This document shows, piece after piece, positions 11,291-21,057 of a stretch of 64,000 nt of DNA; position 1 is the first letter of the stretch, and every line of letters begins with the position of its first letter. The position numbers and the translations under genes were made by a program. The stretch is from Monocercomonoides exilis PA203 (lineage: Eukaryota; Protista; Preaxostyla). Location of the stretch: positions 930,001 to 994,000 of the forward strand of contig LSRY02000002.1 in assembly GCA_001643675.2 (NCBI GenBank), read 5' to 3'. Below the pieces are notes generated by a model. It saw only the letters and a program-made list of their open reading frames with translations, had not been told where the DNA came from and did not search any database.

Positions 11291-14200
11291 TCAACTGGTG
11301 AATGTCAATAGACTGTCACTGCCAGTAATTCTTTCTGAATCTGCTCTATCTCCAGAACACTGCTCCACGTCAATCGCATCGGACATTGTAAGAACAGCAG
11401 CTCCAAGCGGGAAATGTTGGATAAGCACTCTTTTTATGGATGTGAGCGTTGGCCTTGCTTCAGTACTGACTGCTATGCATTCTTTTGAACATTCTCTCAG
11501 ATTGCTTTCTCCGATCATTTCGATATCTGGTCTTTCCCCATTCACAATCTTCTGCCCTGCCACCTCGGCCTCATAATCACCAAACGGGATCTGAAGTGTC
11601 AAGCACTCCCACAGCATCATCCCGATCGAGAATGAAACTGACTCTTTTGTTGCTTCCATCTTCTTGTTGATCAAAAGTTCTGGTGCCTTCCATCTCAAAC
11701 ACTCCTTTTTGTAATAATCATCATCTTCAAAGGCAGACGAGGGCAGGGAATCTTCATCATCATCATCATCAGTTGCGGATGTCACAACCGTTGATGAAGA
11801 GATAGAAGATGAGTCTGAATCATCATCTGACAACAAGTCCGAATGCATCACAATGCAGATGACCATGTGCTCTGAGAATAACACAATGTGCGGACTCAGA
11901 TTGTCCAATGACTGAAGTGGATTTTCCATTTCATCAGATGAATGAAGAGCGAGATTAGCCACCCAGAACAGAACTTGAGCTGCTGTCATCTCCCTTTCCT
12001 GAAAAGTGCCAATAGCCATTTCCTTTGTCTTATTCTTTCCATGCAGCAGCATGAACAGTGAATCCCTTAGATCCACAATCAGTTTTTCATGAGGAGACGA
12101 GCAGGCCATTGCATCTACCAGGTTTGACATGGATGAAGTGGTTGGACACAGACTCTCCGATCGAACAAATGTGGATTCTGTGTCTGAAGTGTCTGTTGTT
12201 GAAGTGGATGAAATGGATGGTGAAGGAGTTCTCTTTTGAATCTCTTCTTCCTTTTCTTCTTTCTCATCCACTTTCTCCAGCATCCATTCTGGAATCTTGT
12301 CTGAATCTCTCCCCAAGATATATTCTGTTGAACCACTCTCAGACAGAAGATGCTCGGATGATTCAGAATGCCCCAAGCTTTTCGCATACACCCTCTTCTT
12401 GATCCTCTCCTCATTCTTCTTCTCTGCCTCCCTCTCTGCTCTCCTCCACTGCTCTTCTGGCGACATCTCCATCGTCACCATCTCAAATGCCTTCGGATCC
12501 TTTCTGATGTTATCGTTCACAATCTCTCTCAGATCTTTGTTCTCGTTCTTTGCCTTCTTCCATCGAACAATGAATATCACTGCGACAATTAAAATAATCA
12601 AAAGAATAATTGCCATTGCAATAACTATTATTGGCCAAAACGACTTTCCTTCTTTTCCACTTTCAACAATTCTTTCATCTCCATTTGTTTCTGATTCGCT
12701 TCTATTTTTCAGTAGGAACGACTGTGTTGTTGAAAAAGTATTGGAATTCCCAAACAGAATGCACAAACTAACTTCAGTCTCTTCTCTCATATTCTCCAAT
12801 TGTGAAGACGTTGCGATTGTATGTATTTCATTTTCTGATAGATATCCATCTTTGTTGATCTCATGGAGTTCAATGAATTCCTCGTCTCCGCTTGTGAAGC
12901 ACAATTTCAAGGTCAGATTGCAAGGAAAAAGAAGCTCCCCAAACAGAGTCAAATTTGTTGCATTCGAGGATGTTGGTGAGCTCTTCACTTCGTGCAGCAC
13001 AGGGATAAATAGTGCCGATGGTCTCTCGCTGGCTATTCCACTCAGCTCACATCCATCATTCAAGATCCACAGTGAGGAATCTGGCAAAACTCCATCCCCT
13101 CCTTTCACACTTGCCATATCCAGCTTGGTCGAATCAGAGCACCAAATATTTCGTCGAGCTGATGGATACAACTCAATCCCTGGATTGTTGTTCACAAAGT
13201 CGCCTTTCTCGATTCTCAGAGCTCCTCCTCTTGCTGAAAGTCCACCTTCGGCAGAGTTTGTGAAAGTCGTGTCACTTATTAGTGATTTGCTTTGTACCAC
13301 ATCCACAAGCGATCCATTCCACTCGCAAATGAGGAGATTGATATTGGCCATGTGCGGCCCATCTATTTGGACTTGTTTTGCTCCATCAAACATGCATCCT
13401 TTAATCTCGATATCTTTGCAAAACAACAACGAGGCAATGCTTCCCGTTGTTTTGCATGTTTGGCATCTTGCAAACGAGCAATTGGACAATTTCGCAATGG
13501 AGTCAAATCGTTCAATTCCAATTATACTCACATCCTCTCCCTTACATGTGATATTTTCAATGAAAGAAAGCGATAAAGAAAATGAAGCTGATGAAGTATC
13601 TCCATTCGAAGTCTTGTTCTCACCTCCATTGACCGCAATAAAGCGTCCATTGCGCACTTCTACTTCTGTTACATCCAAATTTTCCATTTTTACTGCTGCC
13701 TTTCCGCTGATCTGTATAAAATCTTTTTCAATATCAACATTTTTGACAACAAAATTGTTGACTTCCGTCGACTCCTTGATGTGGATGGCATCGTCATATT
13801 CAAACGAAAGCGAAGAAATGTTCACCTTGTTCAGGAAACATTCGCCTACATCGATTGAGAACAGGCAAAATGGAAGAGATCTTTTTGATCCTCCAAGCAA
13901 GCTTCCTGCCTCAAATGAACACGAATTAAGTGTTGCCTTGCCTGAGTCCACCTTCAAGAAAGAAGTGCGTTCTGTTTGCAGCACAATCTCAAATACGAAC
14001 AGAAGGGATTGCAGCTGCACCTTGCCACTTGTGCGGATCACGAAATCCTCAGATCCCTTTATTTCTCCTTTAACAGTCACAATGCTGCCATTCTCCTGCA
14101 ATCCCCTTAACGTCAATGTTTCGAGCACAATTTCTTCGTCCACAATTGACTCCTCATCGACAAACAGCTGGCTGAAAAAATCATGAGTCAGATGCCGCAG

Positions 14201-17200
14201 CCCAAAACCGATTGTGGCGCATGGCAGCTTCGGTTTTCCACACTGCTGCTCATTGCTCCCTCTGTTCCCTTCTTTGCTCGACACCACAATGGTGTCAGAT
14301 TGATACTTCACAATCAGGTTCATCAGATCCAGCGCCTTCTCCTTGTGATCAACTTCGTCCATCCCGAATATTGCATTTTGTTTGATAAATTCTTCATCAC
14401 GGAAGTCGAGGTTGAACTGCGTTTCGTTGATCTGGCTTTCAATATGGTGGCACTCAATGAACACATCATTTCCGACTTTCGCTGTGTTTCTTCTAAAAGT
14501 CACGTTATCAAACTCAAATTTCAGTTCTCCATTCTGCCTGGTGGAAAGATGCACGCCTCCTCCTTTCCCTTCGCTCGCTGAGCATCCACATAGCGTGACA
14601 CTAGTATTCTTTAGCTTGAATGATCCTTCTTCATTCAACGCAAACAGAACTGCTCCTCCCTTTATGCTTCTCCCAGCACGACACTCTTGCCATGCACACG
14701 ATTCAATTTCAACTTTAACTCCACAAGTGCATGCGCTGCATATCAAACTTGCATCTGTGCCTTCCTCATTCACTGAAGAGAAAGTGCAATTCTTTGCAAC
14801 GATTTCGCCCGTGACATTTATTTCGTTGTTTTTGTGGCTTCTGCTTTCATCTTGCACCTTCATCAGACTTCCGCATTCAGCTTTAGTTTGTGAAACTCTG
14901 CATTCATCAAAAAAGCTCTGGACTCCAGAAAGAAATACAAAAACACTTTGCTTCGCTTCAAACGATGTGATCATGCATTTCCATAAACGCAAAATTCCCT
15001 TTTTCACAAAGCATAGAGCAGCATTATCCATTTTATCTTCGACTCCATTGGTTGACAGTGAGCAATCGTCAAATTCAAGTATTTCACCATCGCTTTCGAA
15101 TATTCCTGTTTTTCCATTTGGCTGCAAGCGATATGTGCAAATGTCAAGTTCTCTCAGTGAAAGGGTTTTGCTGTTGCTTATCAACACAGACACTGCACTT
15201 TCTTCTTTGCTCCCAATTTCAAGAGCAGAACGCACAACTTCATCTCCTCCTGAACCTTGGGACTTAACAACCAGCCCTGATAAATCGTATGAACCATCCA
15301 CTCTTGTTTTTTCTTTGATTTCCACGACCTTGCTGCTTGCATCTCCGACAATATGCTTCAGCCCCATCCACATCGACTTGCAAGGATCTTCATCACTCCC
15401 GCATCTCGCAACATCGTCTCCTTCTTCCCACACAACCGCAACTGAATTGCTGTATTCAACCAGAAATCGGAGGAGATCTGTGTTGTTCCGCTTCTCATCA
15501 GTTCCCACAAACAAATTCGAGTTGTCGTTCAACCCATCAACGCTGAATACAAATGTCTGATTTGTCACCGATTCATTCAGATCGTTGCTGAGGATAAATA
15601 TGTTTTTGCCAAGAAATGCATCATTGCCTTCGAAATGAACATTTGCAAACGCAAAAGAAATATCAGAAGCTGCCTGTTTGTTGTTCAAGAAGAGGCAACC
15701 TCCCTTGCCAAAACTACTTGTTTCAGCAGCACATCCTTTCATCTCGCAACTACTCACTTCAAACAAACAACTTCCAGATATGTTAATGTTTATCGCTCCA
15801 CCTGTGTTGCTTGCAATTGACTTCACATTTGTCATATTACACTGATCCATCTTAATTGCATTTTTTGCATCTTCGCTGAAAAGAACAGCACAATCTGCAT
15901 TTGCATTGGATAAGTCCACAAATGAGCAGTTGCTGATACTTACTATTGGCTCGCCGCATGCAATATGCTCAGCTCCAAGAAGTGACAATTCCAATACAGG
16001 CTTTAATGTTCTGATATTATGAATGGTTGTCCAATTCATAATCAATATTGTTCCACTGCTATGGATCATGGTGTATTGAATCTCTTCGCTCAACTCTTCC
16101 TGTATTTCAAAGATGCATTTCTGAACTTCCAATACTCCGTTTTGTGATGTTGAGCTGATCAAAGTGTGCTTTGTATCATCAAAGCGTTTTGGCAACTGAA
16201 GAACTGTGTTATTTATCAGAGTGTTTCCCTCAGAAATAATTACGCAATCTGACTCTCCTCCAATTGTTGACTTTATTATCACAATGATTTGGCTGTTTGT
16301 TTTGGTTTCAACACTCACACCTGTCAGATCGGTCTCCTGCTCAATTGCTGAGCATCCAGCGAGTATTATTCCTTTCTCATTATCGTCTGCAAGTCTGCAA
16401 ACTCCGTAATCCACACTTGCACATGGGCACACTTCCATGCCGCACCATATTCCATTATCTCCTGTCAGCCCATCCACTTCAATGAACAACGAGCTGTAAC
16501 CTTCGAGGAAGATGAGAAGATCAACATCATTTTCGAACTTTGATCTGTCTTTCCCCATCAGCGAGTTGTCCCTCTCAGTGATCTTTGCGTAAAATGAAAA
16601 CGTTGATGCTGTCACAGTCTTTCTCAAGTCTTGGCAGACAAGATACACATCTCTCCCACATCTTGCTTCATTCCCTTCCACATTCATTCCGGCCAAATCA
16701 AATCTCGATAATTCACCCTCAAATCCCATCCAGAGTCCTCCTCCACATCCACCTCCATTTCCTTGCTCCGTTTTTCCAGCAATGCATCTCTTTATTGATG
16801 TGGCATCACTTGTTGAACTGATTCTCAATTCTGCACTGCCTCTCATATCCATCTTCAATCCTCCTCCATTCCCTCTTTCTGCAACACAGTTTTCAATGGT
16901 TGTGTTTTCAACAACAACAATTCCACCATCAGCAATCACCCCACAAATAAACCCTCCATCTCCTGTTGACAACTTGATTCCGCTTCCATTACAATTAATC
17001 GCATGAATCTCATTTGCCTCAATTGCCTTTATCAGCCCAGAATCCGTGAACTGACAAGAACTCCAATTACACATGCTCAATCTCAACACACAACTGCTTC
17101 CTGCATAAATCAAGCTGCTTCCTTCCATGTTGCATTCGCTGGCATTCATTTCATTTGCGGTGAATGAGCCTCCATTGACAACCTCAACAAATCCATTTGC

Positions 17201-20200
17201 ACGAGAGAATGAGATATTTCTCAGATCGACATTTTCAATCACAAATTGAGAGGCATCTCCGTTTGCAGCGAAACCAGATTTCATAAATTTCATTGAGTGC
17301 AATTCCAGTGATGACACTTTCACTGTTCCTTTTTCCACAGCAAACAACGAGTATTGTATCACATTTACTCCAGTCAAATATTGAAATCCACACATATTGA
17401 ATTCCAAAGTGTCTTTTTTCAAGTAAAACAGCGTTTCATGATGCTGCAGAACTGAGGGCAAGTTCAACGCAAGATTTCTCATTGTTGTTTTGTTCAAAAC
17501 ATCAAACAATCCCTTGCAACTCTCTTCTGCACACGATGCTTCTTCGTGGATTATGAGCAACCCCCCGTCTTCAGCTGCATCAACATCTGTCTGTGTTTTG
17601 GAAAAGACAACTGTTGTGCCAACATCCACTGTGCTCTTAACTGTTATGCTTAACGGAGAGCCATTCGCTCTGTTAACTGGGAAACTCAGTGTTCTGCATT
17701 TGAAAAATGCAAAACCACAACGATGATGATCAGACCCAGAAGCAGACACTTGAATCCCACTTTGGGGCACATCTTGAGTGTAGCAAAGAATGGGGACGAT
17801 GAGTGAAGTGTTACTGGCATCGCCTATCCCTTCTGCATTACTCGGATCTTCATTTATTTGCAGGACAAATGCGAATCTCTCAACTGGGATCAACTCCAGA
17901 TGATTTGATGCAATAAACACGTTCCTCCCATGTTCTGCATGATTTCCGTTGAACACTTCATTAACAATTTCAAACACATCACTTGGCGCAGACAGCGTTA
18001 AGAACAAGCCCCCTCCTCTTCCGGTGTCACTCACTCCGATTGGATTTCCATTTCCGTTCTCAGCTCCGCAATCATGAATCTCTGTTGCAATGCCGTTTTG
18101 CCCAATCTTGAATGATCCTCCCTGAATCATACTCCAATCGAAACATCCTCCGTTTCCTTCATTGCTTGAGCAGTTTTTGAATGTCACATTTTTTATCCAA
18201 AAGAAATCACTTCTTCCGCTTGATGTGGAGAATATACCTCCATTTCCCTCTCCTTTTGAAATGTTGCTAAATGTCACATTCGTCAACATGCTTTCTCCTG
18301 TTCCACTCTCGATACATTCCTCAAAGAGCGAACAACTTGACAAGGCAGTATGCTCAATCAAGCAGTTGTCCATTTGCAATTTGGAAAAAATAATGAGAAA
18401 TAGAGGATTACTCCAAATTCTTTTGGCTGTTTCGTCAAGTCCGGAAATGGTTAAGCTTTTCAATGAGAGCATCTGTGAAGCAGGATTCATCACAAACAGT
18501 GAAGCAGAAGAATCATTGGAATTGTGACGAATGGTAACAAGCGATATTTTCATTGATCCTGAAGTCAATGTGAATAAGAATGATGAAGAATCCAGCGAGG
18601 ATGTGTTTATGATGCAATTATCAACACTTTCACCTTCAAATGACGCTTCTCCTCCATCGATGATCATTGCCGACGGGGAATATATTGAATTCAAAATGTG
18701 AACAGTCACTTTTGCGCCTCTTTCCAATGTGTTGAATGCTTTTTCAATTGTTCCACACGGTTCGTTTGACGACAACCCACATATTGTTTCTGAGATCACA
18801 TTTGCTCTGCAATATGTTGTGCGAATTGTTGGAATCCAACTATCAAATGCAGTACCACTTCCATTGTAAAATACACGATTATCTGGTGTAGTGGAAAATG
18901 ATGATTCAAATGGATTGGCATTGATAAATGGATTCAAAATTTTGATGTCATTCCCCTCGTTGCATTTGGCTTTGTTTTCAATGAAAAGACAACAAGAAAA
19001 TTTGATAGGAGGAGGATCTTCATTCATCCATTCTGTCGAATTAAGTGATATTCCTCCACCGCCACGATATTGTTCTTGTCCTGTTCCGTTAGCAACATTT
19101 TTCGAAAAAAAGCAATCAAATAACGAATATGAAAACGAATGATACTCAAAAAAAGCACCTCCTCCAAAAGTTCCAGCTTCATTGCTTTCAAAGTTACATT
19201 CACTAATCATTCCTTTCTTGGTTCCATAACTTTGATGAATGCGCATTCCACCTGCGTAATTCATTGAAGCAATACATTTGCGAAAAGAGCATTTTAATAT
19301 TTGATAGTTCCCATATAAATCATATAAAATTAGTCCTCCTGCTGTATTACTTGACACACAATTAGAGAAATTGCATTCAGTCATGTTTACGTCAGAACCA
19401 GTTTGAACATCGATTGTTCCATCGTTACGATGACTCATATTTCGAAAATTGCATCTTGTACATTCAAGAGTTGAGGAACCTCTCATATAGATAGCACTTC
19501 CATCATCATTAACACTGATATCATGCCATTCGCAATCAATGAAAACATTTGCTTCATTTGCACCAAGTTTTTGCTGCGTCATATGTTTGTTATTTGATTC
19601 AGCCACGTTGGATTGGCGAATGCAGCTTTCGAAGGTGATATTGAGAGCTGCAAGTGAAGAAGAAGGGCTATTTACAGATCTTGTAATTCCCCCATCAATA
19701 ACATCACTAACTCTACGAAAAATACAACTATCGAGCCTTGTCCAAGTTGTAATCGATTTTACCGAAGATGCAGAAGAAGCCTGAAAGGATGATGTGATGT
19801 TGCTCATAAAAATGCAGGTGGCAGAAACTGAGCAACAAATGTCTGCTGCTAGGAGCGGAGTTTTTGACATCTCAAACGATGAAAGCAACGAATCGGAAAG
19901 AGAAATGAATGCTTCTTTGTGAAATGACATTGCATTGGATGATGAACAGAATAAACCTGGAATTGGTGCGAATGAGCGAATCGAGGAAATTGAAAGATTT
20001 TTAACATCTGTCACTCCTCCATCAATCACAAAAAAACTATGTTCAGAAGAAGAAATTGCAGCACAGCTCAAGAGGAAAAGAACTGATTGCTCATTGATTC
20101 GAAAGAATGATTGGTTATTTGATGTTTTGAGGATGACACATGAGCCTTCAAGTGTTGTGTTTTGAACAGCAAAAGATCCAAGAATCGTTCCTCTTTCAGT

Positions 20201-20335
20201 TCCTTCTCGAGCAGAAAGTGATAAAGTCTGATCTAGCTCACAATCATTATTTTTCCAGTTTATTTTATCTTTCCATTTCACGGCAGAAAAGTTTGCTTGG
20301 AAGTATGCGAAGAGAATAACAGAAAATATTTTCAT
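11291..20335 (-). CDS. Giant single-pass receptor A (3014 aa): signal peptide, Cys-rich parallel beta-helix-like repeat ectodomain, one TM helix, cytoplasmic TK/TKL-like pseudokinase (C-lobe only)
   Basis: Single intronless ORF with hydrophobic N-terminus MKIFSVILFAYF. It has five CGxxxxPC-type modules ~350-425 aa apart with GG(G/A)(I/L/V) and FxxN motifs, TM segment FWPIIVIAMAIILLIILIVAVIFIV followed by RWKK, and kinase subdomain VIII-XI motifs RWKAPE, SFSIGMMLWE, IPF, RP. Confidence 0.9.
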   Translation of the reverse strand: MKIFSVILFAYFQANFSAVKWKDKINWKNNDCELDQTLSLSAREGTERGTILGSFAVQNTTLEGSCVILKTSNNQSFFRINEQSVLFLLSCAAISSSEHSFFVIDGGVTDVKNLSISSIRSFAPIPGLFCSSSNAMSFHKEAFISLSDSLLSSFEMSKTPLLAADICCSVSATCIFMSNITSSFQASSASSVKSITTWTRLDSCIFRRVSDVIDGGITRSVNSPSSSLAALNITFESCIRQSNVAESNNKHMTQQKLGANEANVFIDCEWHDISVNDDGSAIYMRGSSTLECTRCNFRNMSHRNDGTIDVQTGSDVNMTECNFSNCVSSNTAGGLILYDLYGNYQILKCSFRKCIASMNYAGGMRIHQSYGTKKGMISECNFESNEAGTFGGGAFFEYHSFSYSLFDCFFSKNVANGTGQEQYRGGGGISLNSTEWMNEDPPPIKFSCCLFIENKAKCNEGNDIKILNPFINANPFESSFSTTPDNRVFYNGSGTAFDSWIPTIRTTYCRANVISETICGLSSNEPCGTIEKAFNTLERGAKVTVHILNSIYSPSAMIIDGGEASFEGESVDNCIINTSSLDSSSFLFTLTSGSMKISLVTIRHNSNDSSASLFVMNPASQMLSLKSLTISGLDETAKRIWSNPLFLIIFSKLQMDNCLIEHTALSSCSLFEECIESGTGESMLTNVTFSNISKGEGNGGIFSTSSGRSDFFWIKNVTFKNCSSNEGNGGCFDWSMIQGGSFKIGQNGIATEIHDCGAENGNGNPIGVSDTGRGGGLFLTLSAPSDVFEIVNEVFNGNHAEHGRNVFIASNHLELIPVERFAFVLQINEDPSNAEGIGDASNTSLIVPILCYTQDVPQSGIQVSASGSDHHRCGFAFFKCRTLSFPVNRANGSPLSITVKSTVDVGTTVVFSKTQTDVDAAEDGGLLIIHEEASCAEESCKGLFDVLNKTTMRNLALNLPSVLQHHETLFYLKKDTLEFNMCGFQYLTGVNVIQYSLFAVEKGTVKVSSLELHSMKFMKSGFAANGDASQFVIENVDLRNISFSRANGFVEVVNGGSFTANEMNASECNMEGSSLIYAGSSCVLRLSMCNWSSCQFTDSGLIKAIEANEIHAINCNGSGIKLSTGDGGFICGVIADGGIVVVENTTIENCVAERGNGGGLKMDMRGSAELRISSTSDATSIKRCIAGKTEQGNGGGCGGGLWMGFEGELSRFDLAGMNVEGNEARCGRDVYLVCQDLRKTVTASTFSFYAKITERDNSLMGKDRSKFENDVDLLIFLEGYSSLFIEVDGLTGDNGIWCGMEVCPCASVDYGVCRLADDNEKGIILAGCSAIEQETDLTGVSVETKTNSQIIVIIKSTIGGESDCVIISEGNTLINNTVLQLPKRFDDTKHTLISSTSQNGVLEVQKCIFEIQEELSEEIQYTMIHSSGTILIMNWTTIHNIRTLKPVLELSLLGAEHIACGEPIVSISNCSFVDLSNANADCAVLFSEDAKNAIKMDQCNMTNVKSIASNTGGAININISGSCLFEVSSCEMKGCAAETSSFGKGGCLFLNNKQAASDISFAFANVHFEGNDAFLGKNIFILSNDLNESVTNQTFVFSVDGLNDNSNLFVGTDEKRNNTDLLRFLVEYSNSVAVVWEEGDDVARCGSDEDPCKSMWMGLKHIVGDASSKVVEIKEKTRVDGSYDLSGLVVKSQGSGGDEVVRSALEIGSKEESAVSVLISNSKTLSLRELDICTYRLQPNGKTGIFESDGEILEFDDCSLSTNGVEDKMDNAALCFVKKGILRLWKCMITSFEAKQSVFVFLSGVQSFFDECRVSQTKAECGSLMKVQDESRSHKNNEINVTGEIVAKNCTFSSVNEEGTDASLICSACTCGVKVEIESCAWQECRAGRSIKGGAVLFALNEEGSFKLKNTSVTLCGCSASEGKGGGVHLSTRQNGELKFEFDNVTFRRNTAKVGNDVFIECHHIESQINETQFNLDFRDEEFIKQNAIFGMDEVDHKEKALDLMNLIVKYQSDTIVVSSKEGNRGSNEQQCGKPKLPCATIGFGLRHLTHDFFSQLFVDEESIVDEEIVLETLTLRGLQENGSIVTVKGEIKGSEDFVIRTSGKVQLQSLLFVFEIVLQTERTSFLKVDSGKATLNSCSFEAGSLLGGSKRSLPFCLFSIDVGECFLNKVNISSLSFEYDDAIHIKESTEVNNFVVKNVDIEKDFIQISGKAAVKMENLDVTEVEVRNGRFIAVNGGENKTSNGDTSSASFSLSLSFIENITCKGEDVSIIGIERFDSIAKLSNCSFARCQTCKTTGSIASLLFCKDIEIKGCMFDGAKQVQIDGPHMANINLLICEWNGSLVDVVQSKSLISDTTFTNSAEGGLSARGGALRIEKGDFVNNNPGIELYPSARRNIWCSDSTKLDMASVKGGDGVLPDSSLWILNDGCELSGIASERPSALFIPVLHEVKSSPTSSNATNLTLFGELLFPCNLTLKLCFTSGDEEFIELHEINKDGYLSENEIHTIATSSQLENMREETEVSLCILFGNSNTFSTTQSFLLKNRSESETNGDERIVESGKEGKSFWPIIVIAMAIILLIILIVAVIFIVRWKKAKNENKDLREIVNDNIRKDPKAFEMVTMEMSPEEQWRRAEREAEKKNEERIKKRVYAKSLGHSESSEHLLSESGSTEYILGRDSDKIPEWMLEKVDEKEEKEEEIQKRTPSPSISSTSTTDTSDTESTFVRSESLCPTTSSMSNLVDAMACSSPHEKLIVDLRDSLFMLLHGKNKTKEMAIGTFQEREMTAAQVLFWVANLALHSSDEMENPLQSLDNLSPHIVLFSEHMVICIVMHSDLLSDDDSDSSSISSSTVVTSATDDDDDEDSLPSSAFEDDDYYKKECLRWKAPELLINKKMEATKESVSFSIGMMLWECLTLQIPFGDYEAEVAGQKIVNGERPDIEMIGESNLRECSKECIAVSTEARPTLTSIKRVLIQHFPLGAAVLTMSDAIDVEQCSGDRADSERITGSDSLLTFTS

Positions 20336-20729
20336 TGTATCCGTATGGGCAATTTGCGCGTTACAATCTTTTCAAAACGGAAAAGAGCAAAAACAAATCA
20401 CACAGATTGATCTTTCCCATATTATAATCTGTTCAGTTTTTCGTTGAGATGAAAATCTCAAAATGTCAATTTATTCATATTTATTTTTTCCAATTTAATA
20501 AATATTTTATCTGATGGAAAAAAATTTTTGTTAAAAATTAATTTTTCATATGGGGCAAAATATTTTCATTTATGAAAAAAACAATAATTTGTTCCAAACT
20601 TTTTCTCCAACCTTATCATTATAAGTCTTCCATTACCATATCAAAATTTTACAGAAAAATTCCAAAATTGAGACAAATATTTGTTTGAGAAGAATGGAAC
20701 AAAATTCATAAAGCTAAATATTTTGTCAT

Positions 20730-20943
20730 ATATGGCTGATCCTTTTTGAAATCATTCTTTCGTTCGAGTTTTGATCAAAATTTTGTTTTCAATGGGATTT
20801 TGAAAAAAATGAGTTGAAACAGGGAGCACTTATTGCTTATGATATTGCTATTGCAAAAACAAATTTTGACACAAATCCCATTGAAAACAAAATGTAAATC
20901 ATAACTCGAACGAAAGAATGAATTCAAAAAGGATCAACCATAT
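20730..20943. repeat. Inverted repeat with ~71-bp arms (20730-20800 / 20873-20943) and 72-bp loop, ~400 bp upstream of the receptor A start
   Basis: Left arm is atatggctgatcctttttgaaatcattctttcgttcgagttttgatcaaaattttgttttcaatgggattt. The reverse complement of the right arm is atatggttgatcctttttgaattcattctttcgttcgagttatgatttacattttgttttcaatgggattt, differing by a handful of mismatches. Confidence 0.93.
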
Positions 20944-21057
20944 TGTTAATTAAAGTTCATCAAAAAGGGAAATAGTAAATTATTAATTTGTTGGATTGAC
21001 CATCAATGTTTAACACGCAATTATAAACTAAATCTTGCAATTGATCATTCAAATAGT

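Noticed and set aside
4051-12070. Functional link between the IDE-like protease and a receptor with an insulin/FGF-receptor-like YY loop
   Set aside because: Adjacency in a eukaryotic genome is weak evidence, and the receptor is one of at least two dispersed paralogues.
12297-15560. Long + strand ORFs (629 aa, 392 aa) antisense to receptor A
   Set aside because: Shadow ORFs in codon register with the real gene, with no recognisable domain.
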